A stretch of DNA of 64,000 nt from a bacterium (GCA_965216635.1 OZ244188.1:2208001-2272000), one strand, 5' to 3'. Positions 20,053 through 31,116 are shown, counted from the stretch's first letter. Program-made: numbers and translations. The notes: a model not told the origin generated them from the letters alone.

Positions 20053-20956
20053 ACTACGAATAGCAAGTAGGAAGAGTCGACTAGCTCTGCTACAAGCAGA
20101 AGAAGTAAAAAAAAACATTTTGAAATTTTATCCTAATCAAAAAATAAAAATCATAACCTACCAAACAAGTGGAGATAAAATTCAAAATAAACCTCTTTTT
20201 GAAATTGGAGGCAAGGGTTTGTTTTGTAAAGAATTGGAACTAGCCTTACAAGAAAAAAAAGTAGACTTAGCCGTGCATTCTATGAAAGATGTACCGGGCA
20301 GACTGGAAGAGGATTTTGTCATTCCAGTAGTTTTAAAAAGAGAAAATCCACTAGATGCACTAATTTCTAAAAACAATACTAGACTGGCTGCTTTAAAAGC
20401 GAATAGTCGTGTTGGAACTTCTTCGCCCCGCAGAGCAGCACAACTGAGAAATTTTAGAAATGATTTGCAAATCATTTCTTTAAGAGGAAATTTAGAAACA
20501 AGATTAAATAAATTGAAAACCGGGAAAATAGATGCTATTTTATTAGCAGTAGCTGGTCTCAAAAGGCTAGGTTTGCAAAATCGCATTAGCGAAGTTTTAC
20601 CAGATTCTATATGTCTACCAGCAGTAGCACAAGGAATTATAGGTATAGAATGTTTAAGAGAAAATAAAGCTTTGATAGAATACCTTATTCCTATCAACCA
20701 CCAACCTAGTTATTTTCAAATGCTCACAGAAAGAAGTTTTTTAGCTACTTTACAAGGAGATTGCAATTCTCCTATTGCGGGTTATTCCCAAATAAAAACA
20801 GGCAAATTATTTCTACAGGGTTTGGTGGCATCCTTATCAGGTAAGAAAATACTTAAAGGGCAAGTTCAAGGCAGTTTAGAAAAGCCTAGCCAGTTAGGCT
20901 ATAAACTAGCAAATCAATTGATTCAGCAAAATGCTTTGTCCTTAATAAAAAACTAA
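20033..20956 (+). CDS. hemC: Hydroxymethylbilane synthase
   Basis: GGKGLF, VHSMKD, GTSSPRR and LRGN motifs. Confidence 0.97.
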   Translation: MLLNHPELRIASRKSRLALLQAEEVKKNILKFYPNQKIKIITYQTSGDKIQNKPLFEIGGKGLFCKELELALQEKKVDLAVHSMKDVPGRLEEDFVIPVVLKRENPLDALISKNNTRLAALKANSRVGTSSPRRAAQLRNFRNDLQIISLRGNLETRLNKLKTGKIDAILLAVAGLKRLGLQNRISEVLPDSICLPAVAQGIIGIECLRENKALIEYLIPINHQPSYFQMLTERSFLATLQGDCNSPIAGYSQIKTGKLFLQGLVASLSGKKILKGQVQGSLEKPSQLGYKLANQLIQQNALSLIKN

Positions 20957-20961
20957 GAGTT

Positions 20962-22755
20962 ATGCAATCAAAAATAAGTATTCGCGCTATCTTCCTCCGT
21001 TTTTTTGAACTACTTCCCATTTTTCAAAAACGCAAAAGAATTTATATCTATTCTGTGTTTTTCTTGAAAATTTTATTATTAGGATTAGATATATTTAGTT
21101 TGACGCTAATTTCTCCTTTCATTGCTTTGATTGCCCAACCGAGTTTCATTCAAACAAACTCTTTTATGCAAATGCTTTATAATTTTTTTGGATTCCAAGA
21201 AAGTAAATATTTTATTTTAACTTTTGGAGCAGTGACGGTGTTTCTTTTTATCTTTGGTAGATTAATGTTTTATTTTGCTACTTTATTACAAAAAAAAATT
21301 CAAAATGTTTTAAATGTAGATCTGACCGAAATTGTTTTTAAACAAATACTTCACTCTCCTTATGAATGGCACTTGAAAAAAAACTCTGGAAAAATTTTAG
21401 TTTCAGTGAGTCATCAAACTATTGGTATTAGTTCCTTTATTACTCAAACAGTCACCATATTGAGTTTTGCAATCGTTTTGATTGTAACAGCTTTAGTTTT
21501 AATTATTTTGTATCCTATTGCTTTTTTAGTGATTTTTTTTTTCATGGGAAGTTTGGTTTATTTGATTCACAATAGCAGTAAAAAAATAATTTATTCTATG
21601 GGAAAAGATCTCACAAAAGCTAGCAGACAAACCGTTCAAATTGTAAGGGAAAGTTTAGCGAGTATTGTCGATATTAAACTTTTTCATAAAGAAAATTATT
21701 ACCAACAAAAAGTTGTAAAAAGCACCAAAAAAGCTTCCGATTCTAGTTTTAAGATAGAGGCAGTGAGTCAAGCAATTCATCCTCTTTTGCAATCTTTACT
21801 CTACATAGGGATTTTACTTTTCATATTTTTTATTATCCTTTTACAAAACGATTTTAATAAAGTCATCAGCTCTGGCGTTTTTTTTTTAGCAGTTGCCTAT
21901 CGCTGTATTCCATTTACAAATATCTTATTGCTTGGTTTGAATGGTGTTCAAGCAAATCTTTATAACTTAGACCACCTTAAAGATGAATTTAAATTTTTTG
22001 GAGAAAAACAAAAAACACCACCACCCCAAGAAAGAACAGCCCCCGAAAGAACAGAGAAAAAAATAAATTTTCAAAGGCAAATCACACTTCGTGATATTTC
22101 TTATCGCTATCCCGATACAAAAAAAGATGTTTTAAAGAAGATTAACTTAAATATAAAACAGGGCAGTTTAATAGGTATTATGGGTAAGACTGGAGAAGGA
22201 AAAAGCACTCTCATAAAGATCATCCTTGGTTTGTTAAAAATCCAGAATGGAAATATTATCATTGATAATGAATCGCTAAAACCAGAGAACCTGCAAGATT
22301 GGTATCGACAAATCGGCTATGTGCCACAAAAAATTTTTATTAGTAATGCTAGTCTTATAGAAAATATTGCATTCGGAGAATCCAAAGAAAGTTTCAATAC
22401 TCAAAGATTACAAACTATTTTAAAATTACCGTGGCTAGCTTCCTTCATCAAGCAATTGCCTCAAACAGAAAATACGATTTTACAAGAAGAAGGCAAAAAT
22501 TTGAGCGGAGGACAAATCCAAAGAATAGCTATAGCGAGAGCACTTTATAAAAATGCAAAATTACTTATTTTGGATGAAGCTACCAATTCTTTGGACGACA
22601 AAACAGAACAATCAGTCCTAAAGACTATAGAAAAACTACAAGGAAAAATAACAATGATTATCCTTGCCCACCGTTTGACTACGCTCAAAGAATGTGATTT
22701 TATTTATCAATTAAAAGACGGACATTTAATTAAAAAAGATTACAAAAATCTGTAA
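20962..22755 (+). CDS. ABC exporter, fused TMD+NBD (PglK/MsbA-like)
   Basis: TM domain; GKTGEGKST, LSGGQ and LDEAT motifs. Confidence 0.9.
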   Translation: MQSKISIRAIFLRFFELLPIFQKRKRIYIYSVFFLKILLLGLDIFSLTLISPFIALIAQPSFIQTNSFMQMLYNFFGFQESKYFILTFGAVTVFLFIFGRLMFYFATLLQKKIQNVLNVDLTEIVFKQILHSPYEWHLKKNSGKILVSVSHQTIGISSFITQTVTILSFAIVLIVTALVLIILYPIAFLVIFFFMGSLVYLIHNSSKKIIYSMGKDLTKASRQTVQIVRESLASIVDIKLFHKENYYQQKVVKSTKKASDSSFKIEAVSQAIHPLLQSLLYIGILLFIFFIILLQNDFNKVISSGVFFLAVAYRCIPFTNILLLGLNGVQANLYNLDHLKDEFKFFGEKQKTPPPQERTAPERTEKKINFQRQITLRDISYRYPDTKKDVLKKINLNIKQGSLIGIMGKTGEGKSTLIKIILGLLKIQNGNIIIDNESLKPENLQDWYRQIGYVPQKIFISNASLIENIAFGESKESFNTQRLQTILKLPWLASFIKQLPQTENTILQEEGKNLSGGQIQRIAIARALYKNAKLLILDEATNSLDDKTEQSVLKTIEKLQGKITMIILAHRLTTLKECDFIYQLKDGHLIKKDYKNL

Positions 22756-23559
22756 ATGAAAAAAACTATTTTTATTTTTATTTTGTTTTTTGCCTATTTA
22801 CCGAGGCTGCTAACAGAGGAAACAGATCCCATTGTTTTTGATAATTTGCAATTAAACTACCTCCATAGCGACAAAAAAAAAGAAGTCAATGGCTCCAGTA
22901 TAGAATTTCATCTAAAAGACAAACATTATCATTATCTTTACACCAAACTTTATGGGAAAGAAAAAACCGATCTCAGAAAGGCTCGCTTGATTGTTCTCAC
23001 TTCCCAAAAAAAACTACTTTATTTTTATGAAACTAACTTTAAAAGAAAAGAAATTTTCTTTAATCAGTATTTACCAGAAGGAAATAGTTATTCTAGAAAA
23101 ATAGAAAACAAAGAATGGAAAACAAAAAAAAATGGGGCTGACGGAGGGATAACAATAGAAGAATTTCTTTTTAAACTAAAATTACAGGTACAACAGAAAA
23201 AATTTAAAAAAGAAGTGTGGAAATTCTATTTGCCTTATCTTCCAGCAATCAACCATGTAAAAATGAATGTTCAGTGCCAACCTAAAGTAACAGATCTTTA
23301 TTTTAAAAAAAAAGAAGCTACAATTTTTTGTCATTTTGCTCTTAAATCTTCGTGGATACGCTCTTTTGTTAGTGAAGATAAAGCTGAAGGTGCTTTTGTT
23401 TTTCAACAAGAATACCCGCATTATATTTTAAAAATTATATTAGGAAACCATTTTTATCTTACAGAAAAAAAAACTATCACAAAAGAAAATAGAGAAAACC
23501 TGTTACAAGAAATAGATGAAATAAAAAATACAATTTCACGAACTCAACAAAAACTTTAA
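22756..23559 (+). CDS. Hypothetical exported protein
   Basis: 267-aa ORF with signal-like N-terminus, abuts upstream gene. Confidence 0.65.
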   Translation: MKKTIFIFILFFAYLPRLLTEETDPIVFDNLQLNYLHSDKKKEVNGSSIEFHLKDKHYHYLYTKLYGKEKTDLRKARLIVLTSQKKLLYFYETNFKRKEIFFNQYLPEGNSYSRKIENKEWKTKKNGADGGITIEEFLFKLKLQVQQKKFKKEVWKFYLPYLPAINHVKMNVQCQPKVTDLYFKKKEATIFCHFALKSSWIRSFVSEDKAEGAFVFQQEYPHYILKIILGNHFYLTEKKTITKENRENLLQEIDEIKNTISRTQQKL

Positions 23560-23566
23560 CTAAAAT

Positions 23567-23905
23567 ATGGAAGATTTCAATCAAATTAACCATACTAGAG
23601 AAACAAAAATACCTCAAAAAAGACACAACTTTTTTAGAGTTCCTCTTTATTTTTTTTTTCAGTTAGCTATCTTGCTTGCCTTTATGTTTTTGTTGATTTT
23701 ACAAAATGTCCGTTTTCAAATTTTAGAGAAAGAAATTTTCAATCAGGTAAAAAAAAAGAGGAAATTGGAAGAAACTATTTTACCTTTAAGACTAGAATTA
23801 AGGAATCTTACCAGAAATGAAATACTAGAAGAATTGGCAGAAAAAAAATTCTTCTTAAAACCCCCTAAAAAAGAACAGCTTATTCAAATGGAATATTTGA
23901 AATAA
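23567..23905 (+). CDS. FtsL-like bitopic coiled-coil protein
   Basis: Single TM then leucine zipper ending LEELAEKKFFLKPP. Confidence 0.55.
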   Translation: MEDFNQINHTRETKIPQKRHNFFRVPLYFFFQLAILLAFMFLLILQNVRFQILEKEIFNQVKKKRKLEETILPLRLELRNLTRNEILEELAEKKFFLKPPKKEQLIQMEYLK

Positions 23906-24080
23906 ATTTTGTAGAAACCCTTTATCTCTAAAAAAGCTTTGTTTTAGACTGTCCTTGTTTATTTTTTGTAAATTAGAAAAATAAGATAGAATTTTATTGA
24001 CAAACCAGATAATAAATATTATCCTCCTCTAAGGGAGTCTTTCAATAAAGCATTTTCTTATTAAATCCTAAACCAAACTG

Positions 24081-24998
24081 ATGTCTCACAATTTTCTTTA
24101 TAAAAAATTTTCTTATATTTTGTGTTTTTTGCAGGTAATCTTGTTTTTTTTATCTTCCTTGCAGAATCTTCAAGCAAAAGAGCTAAAAATTTTAGCTACA
24201 ACCGGTATGATTGCCGATATTTTGAAAAACCTTGTTAAAGTAGAGGTCACCCATTACCAAATGATGGCATCAGGCATTGACCCTCATACCTACAAACCTT
24301 CAGCTCGGGATTTAAGAAAAATCCACGAATCTCAACTAGTTTTTTATAATGGGTTTCATTTGGAGGCAAGTCTTACCAAAATTTTTAAAAAAATGAGAAA
24401 ATCTCACGCTATCTGTGAAATTCTTGCAGCTAAGGATTTACTGGATGGACAGTACTCTATCCCCGATCCACACATTTGGATGGATGTAACTCTTTGGCAA
24501 AAATGCGTTGAAAATACTAGCAAAATTTTACAACAAAATTTACCAAAACAAAAAAAAGAAATACAAAAAAACACAAAACTCTATCAAAAAAAATTAAAAA
24601 ACTTAGATCTTTGGATAAGAAAAGAAATTATAAAAATCCCCAAACAAAGAAGAATACTAGTGACCGCTCACGATGCTTTCCGCTATTTTGGAAAGGCTTA
24701 CCAATTTCAAGTATTAGGGATTCAAGGAATCAGCACTGCTTCTCAAGCGGGGATTAAAGAAATCAAAGATATTGCAAATTTTGTTACAGAAAAAAAAATA
24801 CCTGCTATTTTTGTAGAATCTTCTGTGGCTCAACACAATATTATTGCTTTAAGAGAAGCAGTTCACTCACGCGGGTGGCAAGTAAAAATAGGGGAGAGTC
24901 TTTTTTCTGATGCTATGGGATCTAAAGGAAGCGGCAAAGATAATTATGTTGCGATGATTAGGCACAATGTTTCAGCGATTGTAAATGGCCTTCAATAA
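24081..24998 (+). CDS. troA: Mn/Zn ABC transporter substrate-binding protein (TroA-like)
   Basis: DPHTY, DPHIW, HDAFRYF and FSDAMG motifs. Confidence 0.9.
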   Translation: MSHNFLYKKFSYILCFLQVILFFLSSLQNLQAKELKILATTGMIADILKNLVKVEVTHYQMMASGIDPHTYKPSARDLRKIHESQLVFYNGFHLEASLTKIFKKMRKSHAICEILAAKDLLDGQYSIPDPHIWMDVTLWQKCVENTSKILQQNLPKQKKEIQKNTKLYQKKLKNLDLWIRKEIIKIPKQRRILVTAHDAFRYFGKAYQFQVLGIQGISTASQAGIKEIKDIANFVTEKKIPAIFVESSVAQHNIIALREAVHSRGWQVKIGESLFSDAMGSKGSGKDNYVAMIRHNVSAIVNGLQ

Positions 24999-25007
24999 AA
25001 AAAATTT

Positions 25008-25754
25008 ATGAAAAATAACATTGCTATTGAAATTGAAGATTTAACTGTATCTTATGCAGACAAACCTGCTTTGTGGGATGTGGATTTAGAAGTCATACAA
25101 GGTTCATTGTGTGCTATTATCGGTCCAAATGGGGCTGGAAAATCTACTCTTATTAAAGCTATTATTGGCCTTCTCAAACCTTTAGCGGGGAAAATACAAA
25201 TTCATAAACAAAATTTTAAAACACCGCAAAACACCATAGGTTATGTTCCTCAAAGACAGAGTATCAACTGGGATTTTCCTATCAATGTTTTAGATGTAGT
25301 TTTAATGGGTCTTTACAGAAAAATTGGCTGGTGTCGTTGGATAGATAAGCAAAATAAAAAATTGGCAATGGAATCCTTAGAAACAGTTGGAATGCACGAA
25401 AGTTATAAAACACAAATTTCTGACCTTTCTGGAGGGCAGCAGCAGAGAGTTTTTTTAGCTCGAGCTTTAGTGCAAGATCCCAATATTTTTTTGATGGATG
25501 AGCCTTTTCAAGGAGTAGATACAACCACTGAAAATACCATCATTAAAATTCTCCGATCCTTGAAGAAAAAAGGAAAAACAACTTTAGTCGTTCATCACGA
25601 TCTTCATAGCATTACGAAAAATTTTGACGATGTTATTATGCTCAATGTTCGTCTAATTGCTGCTGGCAAGGTAAAAAAAGTTTTTACAGAGAAAAACTTA
25701 AAACTAGCTTATGGAGGTAAAATTTCTTATCTGACCCCAGTAATTTTAAAATAG
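25008..25754 (+). CDS. troB: Mn/Zn ABC transporter ATPase (TroB-like)
   Basis: GPNGAGKST, LSGGQQQR and VHHDL motifs. Confidence 0.92.
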   Translation: MKNNIAIEIEDLTVSYADKPALWDVDLEVIQGSLCAIIGPNGAGKSTLIKAIIGLLKPLAGKIQIHKQNFKTPQNTIGYVPQRQSINWDFPINVLDVVLMGLYRKIGWCRWIDKQNKKLAMESLETVGMHESYKTQISDLSGGQQQRVFLARALVQDPNIFLMDEPFQGVDTTTENTIIKILRSLKKKGKTTLVVHHDLHSITKNFDDVIMLNVRLIAAGKVKKVFTEKNLKLAYGGKISYLTPVILK

Positions 25755-25816
25755 GCAATTCTAAAATAGGCAATCCTCAAATTAGGTGATTCTCAAATAG
25801 TAAATTTCAAACTATG
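25740..25816 (+). repeat. About five degenerate 15-bp tandem repeats from the troB stop to the troC start
   Basis: GTAATTTTAAAATAG, GCAATTCTAAAATAG, GCAATCCTCAAATTAG, GTGATTCTCAAATAG... Confidence 0.7.
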
Positions 25817-26905
25817 TTAAGTTTTGACTACACCACTTTTTATGTAATTCTAGGCTCCTCTTTGATAGGAGGGCTAAGTGGTATTATCAGCATTTATATT
25901 GTTTTCAGAGACCGTAGTCTCTTAGGCGATGTAATTGCTCACGCTGCTTTGCCGGGAATTGCTTTTGCATTTTTAATCACGCAACGTAAAGAAATTCTCT
26001 GGTTATTGGCTGGAGCTATCGTCTCTAGTCTCTTTTCTCTTTGGCTTATTCATAAAATCACCCAATACAAAAAAATCAAACTGGACGCTGCTTTTGCTGT
26101 TATTTTATCCGTTTTTTTTGGTTTGGGAGTTTTACTCATCAATTATTCACAAAAAATAGAAAGATTGGATACTGCAGGTGTAGAAATATTTCTTTTTGGA
26201 CAAGCAAGCAGCCTTATCCGTTCTGATATTATTTTGATTTCAATAATGAGTATCTTAATTATATCTGTGGTCGTCCTTTTTTGGAAAGAATTGAGATTTC
26301 TTAGTTTTGATCCAGAATATATGGCAATTCTCCAATTCCCTGTTCGTAAAATCAGTCTGCTTTTAGATATGCTTATTATTATTTCTATAGTCATTGGCTT
26401 AAAAACAGTAGGCGTTGTTTTGATGGCTGCTATGGTTATAGCGCCAGCAGCAGCGGCTAGACAATGGACCTCTTCTTATCTTCTGCTTGTTCTATTAGCC
26501 TCTCTTTTTGGCACCAGCGCCGGAGGTTTAGGAGCTTTGATGAGTAGTTTTTGGGTACAGACTCCAACAGGTCCAGCAATTATTATTGTGCTGATATTGA
26601 TAGTTTTTTTCTCTCTTTTTTTTGCCCCTCGCAAAGGGTTATTAGAAAAGTGGTTTCAGTATCGCAGCAGAAAACATCAATTTTTAGCAAAGTTGTTATT
26701 GCATAATCTTTACGCCCTGTCCTTGCAACATAAAAATTCTTTCCATGTCCATTCTGAGAAAGTTCTAAAAAACATGAGACAAAATCGTTCCATAAAATCG
26801 GAGCTATATTTGGCAAACAATTTAGGTTGGATTGCAAACGCTGGAAAAGAGCATTGGAGGCTAACTTCTAAAGGAGTGAAAGTAGCAAAACAAACTTTAA
26901 AATAA
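25814..26905 (+). CDS. troC: Metal ABC transporter permease (TroC-like)
   Basis: GDVIAHAALPG and PAAAARQWT motifs; C-terminal soluble extension. Confidence 0.88.
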   Translation: MLSFDYTTFYVILGSSLIGGLSGIISIYIVFRDRSLLGDVIAHAALPGIAFAFLITQRKEILWLLAGAIVSSLFSLWLIHKITQYKKIKLDAAFAVILSVFFGLGVLLINYSQKIERLDTAGVEIFLFGQASSLIRSDIILISIMSILIISVVVLFWKELRFLSFDPEYMAILQFPVRKISLLLDMLIIISIVIGLKTVGVVLMAAMVIAPAAAARQWTSSYLLLVLLASLFGTSAGGLGALMSSFWVQTPTGPAIIIVLILIVFFSLFFAPRKGLLEKWFQYRSRKHQFLAKLLLHNLYALSLQHKNSFHVHSEKVLKNMRQNRSIKSELYLANNLGWIANAGKEHWRLTSKGVKVAKQTLK

Positions 26906-26988
26906 AACCATTGCAGTAGTGTTATGCGACGGCTAGGCAAGACGAAGCTTGTTTTGGCTAAAACAGAACACCAATACAAAAAATCCTA
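26905..26988. mobile_element. Short degenerate MITE copy
   Basis: GTTATGCGACGGCTAGGCAAG and AAGCTTGTTTTGGCTAAA are reverse complements of family blocks. Confidence 0.65.
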
Positions 26989-26991
26989 AAA

Positions 26992-28116
26992 ATGCCTGTT
27001 TTATTTCCCTTACCACTAGAAATAGAAACTCTTATTATCGCAGTTTTAGTTTCTACAAGCTGCTCAATCGTGGGCTCTTTCATTGTAGCCAAACGTATGT
27101 CTATGCTGAGCGATGGCATTAGCCACGCTATTTTACTGGGCATAGTGCTGACTTTTTTTGTTGTCAAAAATTTAGATTCTCCCCTATTGCTAATTGGGGC
27201 GGTTTTGAGTGGTATTATTTTAGTCTTGATTACAGAAGCCTTGCAATACTCCAAATTACTCAATCACGACACAGCTTTGGGATTAGTTTTTCCTTTCTTT
27301 TTTGGACTTGGAGTTCTCTTAATTGCCCGCTTTGCTAGTAAAGTCCACTTGGATATAGACGCCGTGATTTTAGGAGAATTAGCTTTTGCACCATTTCATC
27401 GCTTTGAAATTTTTGGTTACGATATAGGCTCCAAATCCCTAGTCTATATGATTCTGATTCTACTCTTAAATATTGCAATGGTGCTATTCTTTTTCAAAGA
27501 ATTTTTCTTGATTAGTTTTGACCAAGATTTAAGTTACATTTTGGGAATGAAACCAAGACTTTTGAGCTATGGTTTGGTTTTGATTCTATCTATTACCACT
27601 GTCGGTGCATTTGAAGCAGTAGGTTCTATTTTAGTCGTTGCTCTGTTGGTAGTGCCACCGGTGACTGCTATTATGCTAACCCAATCTATGAGAAAAATTC
27701 TTGCCGTATCTATTGCGATCAGCATTTTAATTTCTATTTTAGGTTTTTATATGGCTCTTTACTTTGATTTGATTATTTCTGGAATGATTAGCAGTCTGCT
27801 AGGTGCAGTATTTTTTCTGGTATTTTTATTCAATCCTCAAAATGGCTATTTTTCTCGTATCATTAAACAAAAAAAGAGAAAGATAGAAAATAATGTTTCC
27901 TTACTTTTAGTACATCTCTCGCAGCACGAAGGCACTAATAAACAGGTTCAAGAATGCCACAAAAATAATATATCAAAACATCTCTTTTGGAATTCTCAAT
28001 ATACCCAAAAAATCATCCTTATAACTATTCAAAAAAGGTTGGTTTATCTTAAAAAAGATATCCTCATCCTCAGTGAAAATGGAAAACAAAAAGCCAAAGA
28101 ACTCGCCGAATTTTAA
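26992..28116 (+). CDS. troD: Metal ABC transporter permease (TroD-like)
   Basis: DGISHAILLG, VHLDIDAVILGE and AFEAVGSILVVA motifs. Confidence 0.88.
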   Translation: MPVLFPLPLEIETLIIAVLVSTSCSIVGSFIVAKRMSMLSDGISHAILLGIVLTFFVVKNLDSPLLLIGAVLSGIILVLITEALQYSKLLNHDTALGLVFPFFFGLGVLLIARFASKVHLDIDAVILGELAFAPFHRFEIFGYDIGSKSLVYMILILLLNIAMVLFFFKEFFLISFDQDLSYILGMKPRLLSYGLVLILSITTVGAFEAVGSILVVALLVVPPVTAIMLTQSMRKILAVSIAISILISILGFYMALYFDLIISGMISSLLGAVFFLVFLFNPQNGYFSRIIKQKKRKIENNVSLLLVHLSQHEGTNKQVQECHKNNISKHLFWNSQYTQKIILITIQKRLVYLKKDILILSENGKQKAKELAEF

Positions 28117-29395
28117 GACCTCTACGAGCAGTTCTCCAACTGCTAGAAAGGTTGAGTCAAAAGAGCTACAGCAAATTCAAGAGATAGCTTTTTATAACAT
28201 TTTTGAACCCTTTGAAATCAACGAGGCTCTAAAAATACTACAGTCCACCAGACAAAAAATAGAGACCTCCATTATCCAGCCAGCCTCTAAAAAAATAGAG
28301 CCTTACAAAAAAAGCTTCACTAAATTTAAAGACTATTTAAGCAAAAAAACAAGTAAAGTGAAATCCAAAATTTCACTCAATGATGCTTTTCAAAAAAAAT
28401 ATACTCAACTAGAAGAAAAATTCAAAAACAACATCGCCATTCAAACAGACAAAGCACTAACTAAAATTTTTGAACGCAACCTAACAAAAGAAATTTTACA
28501 AAAAAGTGAAAAAATTTTGCAACAACCTTTAAAAAGAATAGAGCAACTCCAACGACTAGAAAAAAAAGAAAGAGAGTTATTACTAGAAAAAATGTATCCT
28601 TATGATTTTGGTTTAACTGGTAAAATCAAAAAATCTATCAACCAAACCTTAAATATCGCACTCGGTTTGGTAGTAGCCACCAACATTCCTTTTACTGGGA
28701 TGCTAGTCAATGCAATCACCACACTAAGAACCACCATCTATTTGGCAAACAGAGTGCACCTACTTTCTATTCTCTACGGGAATCCAGTAATTTGCAAAGA
28801 AGCTCTTTTTGAAGTATCTACAAAAATTGTTAGCTCCGTTTGTGATTTTGAAAACAACCCCGAACACCAACCGCTAGCTCCACAGACTATAGCACAACTT
28901 TACCAACATACCCATCAGAACCAACTCTACCAACTACTCAAAGCAGCTACCATCAAAGACCTCTATATCTCCATTCCTTTCATAGGTGCGTTATCCCTCG
29001 CCAAAATTAGTATAGACGAACATAGCATCACCAAACTTAGCTTACAGCTATTCCGTAATTATTTCGCTTACCAAGAACTAGAAAAAAAAATAACCACAAC
29101 AACCTTAAAAAAAGAAATAGAATTTTGGCAGTGCATTTACAGCAACCAAAAAAAAAATCACCTTTTGCAAAAAATACTAGCTGAACTAGAAGCCAAGAAA
29201 ACAAAAAAAAGCTCGCAAAAAAAACTATGGGTGAAAAAAATATGGGAGGGAATTTGGAATCTCAATCCACAAGAAAAAGAAGTTTATTTTAGAATGCAAC
29301 AACAAGCCACAGAAATAGCAGAACAATTTCATACACAAAACAAAATCAGCAATATCTCTGAATTTGCTGACTTACACCTAAAAAAAAATACTTAA
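28073..29395 (+). CDS. Hypothetical protein, possibly EcsC-like
   Basis: 440-aa ORF; RVHLLSILYG and IPFIGAL segments resemble the EcsC family; start uncertain. Confidence 0.45.
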   Translation: MKMENKKPKNSPNFKTSTSSSPTARKVESKELQQIQEIAFYNIFEPFEINEALKILQSTRQKIETSIIQPASKKIEPYKKSFTKFKDYLSKKTSKVKSKISLNDAFQKKYTQLEEKFKNNIAIQTDKALTKIFERNLTKEILQKSEKILQQPLKRIEQLQRLEKKERELLLEKMYPYDFGLTGKIKKSINQTLNIALGLVVATNIPFTGMLVNAITTLRTTIYLANRVHLLSILYGNPVICKEALFEVSTKIVSSVCDFENNPEHQPLAPQTIAQLYQHTHQNQLYQLLKAATIKDLYISIPFIGALSLAKISIDEHSITKLSLQLFRNYFAYQELEKKITTTTLKKEIEFWQCIYSNQKKNHLLQKILAELEAKKTKKSSQKKLWVKKIWEGIWNLNPQEKEVYFRMQQQATEIAEQFHTQNKISNISEFADLHLKKNT

Positions 29396-29398
29396 AAC

Positions 29399-29800
29399 CA
29401 TCCTTTGCAATTTTTTAAAAAACGTTCTTTGCAATTTTCAAAAAAAAAAATAAAAAAAACGAATGCATTGAAGGGGACATTTTTTTAGCGGTAGATAAAA
29501 ATGTGTCCCCGTTCTTACAGAATATGTTTGAATGCGGGGACGTTATTTTTTGCTCCAAATGGTTGACTAAGCAACCATTTTGGAAAAAAAAACATCCCCT
29601 GCAATTTTTAAAAAAACGTTCTTTGCAATTTTTTAAAAAAAAATAAAAAGAACGAATGCATTGCAGGGGACATTTTTTTAGCGGTAGATAAAAATGTGTC
29701 CCCGTTCTTACAGAATATGTTTGAATGCGGGGACGTTATTTTTTGCTCCAAATGGTTGACTAAGCAACCATTTTGGAAAAAAAAACATCCCCTACAGATT
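29399..29800. repeat. Two ~194-bp tandem units, each with an inverted pair of REP-like hairpins (BIME-like)
   Basis: CATCC(C/T) anchor recurs at 29399, 29593 and 29786; hairpins GGGGACATTTT...AAAATGTGTCCCC and CCAAATGGTTG-ACTAAG-CAACCATTTTGG. Confidence 0.85.
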
Positions 29801-29811
29801 TTTAAAAGCCC

Positions 29812-30957
29812 TTAACGAAAGCGCCAGATGAAGTTAATATAAAAAGCAGAAGGAGATTTAACTCGGATTTCTGTGGTGGTTTTCGTCTCTTGTGCCCTCG
29901 TTCCTGTTTGGGTCTGTCTCACTAGAAATCTTCTTTCTCCAGTTGGCGGATTTTTTTTTAAGTAAGCTGCAGCCGCATTTTGCTCTTCAACTCCCATAGC
30001 CACGAAGAAGTCCTCTTGGCGAATGGCTTGTTGGTTTGCTTGTTGTTGTTGTTGCACTAGCAGCTCCGCATTCAGCAGCAGCAGATAACCTGCTTCAAAT
30101 CTTAAGTTTTTCCATAGAGAACTAGAAAACAAACCCAAATGGATCGCAGGAGCTGTTTTGGATTGCTTACCAATAGGAGTATCCAGTTGCATAGAGGCAA
30201 AACCTACTCCTACCGAAAAACCATAGGGCAATAAATAGTCAGCGAGCAACACCTGACTCTGCAGTTTATTCTCGCCATCACTTAAGTCGTAATGGCTGAA
30301 AGAAAATCCCCATTTTTCCAAGTTATAGCCGAGGTTTATACCAGAGCCAATCAATGTTTCTTCTGTTTTTGAGCCAGCAATAGGTGTTGTAGAAGCATTT
30401 TCTATGCTTTTGGAATCAAAATAATTCTTGCACCTTGAGGCATTGGCTATTCTCTCTGCTGTAGTCGCAAAAGATATATCTCCTGTTTCATCGGGGAAAT
30501 TATTAAAATTAGTGCCAGCAATACCAACAGTAAATTGCTGTATATTAAAGATAGCCCTAGAATTATTTCCTGCCTCTGCTATTTCTGCATCTCCTATAGA
30601 GTAGCCAGCAGACGAGGGAACATCAGTAATTAACTCATAGTTTCCTTTACAGAGTTCTACAATAGCGTAGACAGCTGATTTCTCTTGCTTAAAAATTTCA
30701 GGTAAATCGAGTCCAAAAGTAGCGTCGTATTCAATATTTGATATAGTGGTTCTATCAACTTCTGCTCTCTTGACTTCTTTTGTCAATGTAGCCCCCATTA
30801 CATAGGGAGAAACGCCTACATAAAAACCCATTTTTCTGGGCTCTTCTGTATCCTGCGCCCGCAGACTACCTACTCCCTGCATAAAAAAGAAAAATGCCGC
30901 TATAAATATTATAAGAGGCAAAACAACCACCTTCAATCCCATATTTAATTTTTTCAT
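29812..30957 (-). CDS. Variable outer-membrane beta-barrel protein, paralog 2
   Basis: Signal peptide LRA-Q, barrel strands, C-terminal FYINFIWRFR. Confidence 0.82.
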   Translation of the reverse strand: MKKLNMGLKVVVLPLIIFIAAFFFFMQGVGSLRAQDTEEPRKMGFYVGVSPYVMGATLTKEVKRAEVDRTTISNIEYDATFGLDLPEIFKQEKSAVYAIVELCKGNYELITDVPSSAGYSIGDAEIAEAGNNSRAIFNIQQFTVGIAGTNFNNFPDETGDISFATTAERIANASRCKNYFDSKSIENASTTPIAGSKTEETLIGSGINLGYNLEKWGFSFSHYDLSDGENKLQSQVLLADYLLPYGFSVGVGFASMQLDTPIGKQSKTAPAIHLGLFSSSLWKNLRFEAGYLLLLNAELLVQQQQQANQQAIRQEDFFVAMGVEEQNAAAAYLKKNPPTGERRFLVRQTQTGTRAQETKTTTEIRVKSPSAFYINFIWRFR

Positions 30958-30998
30958 TATAGATTCTAGTTAAATTAAGAAGCCAAAAAGGCTAAATT

Positions 30999-31083
30999 AG
31001 GTTCAAAACAAACCCTATTAGGTTCAAAACAAACCCTATTAGGTTCAAAACAAACCCTATTAGGTTCAAAACAAACCCTTATT
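30999..31083 (-). repeat. 4 x 21-bp VNTR in the leader of paralog 2
   Basis: AGGTTCAAAACAAACCCTATT in tandem. Confidence 0.95.
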
Positions 31084-31089
31084 AAGATA

Positions 31090-31116
31090 ACTATAGCAAA
31101 AAAGAAAATAAATCAA
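31090..31116 (-). promoter_or_regulatory. Putative extended -10 promoter of paralog 2 (repeated at 32708-32734 for paralog 3)
   Basis: Minus strand TTGATT-N15-TATAGT with TG-n directly before the -10. Confidence 0.5.
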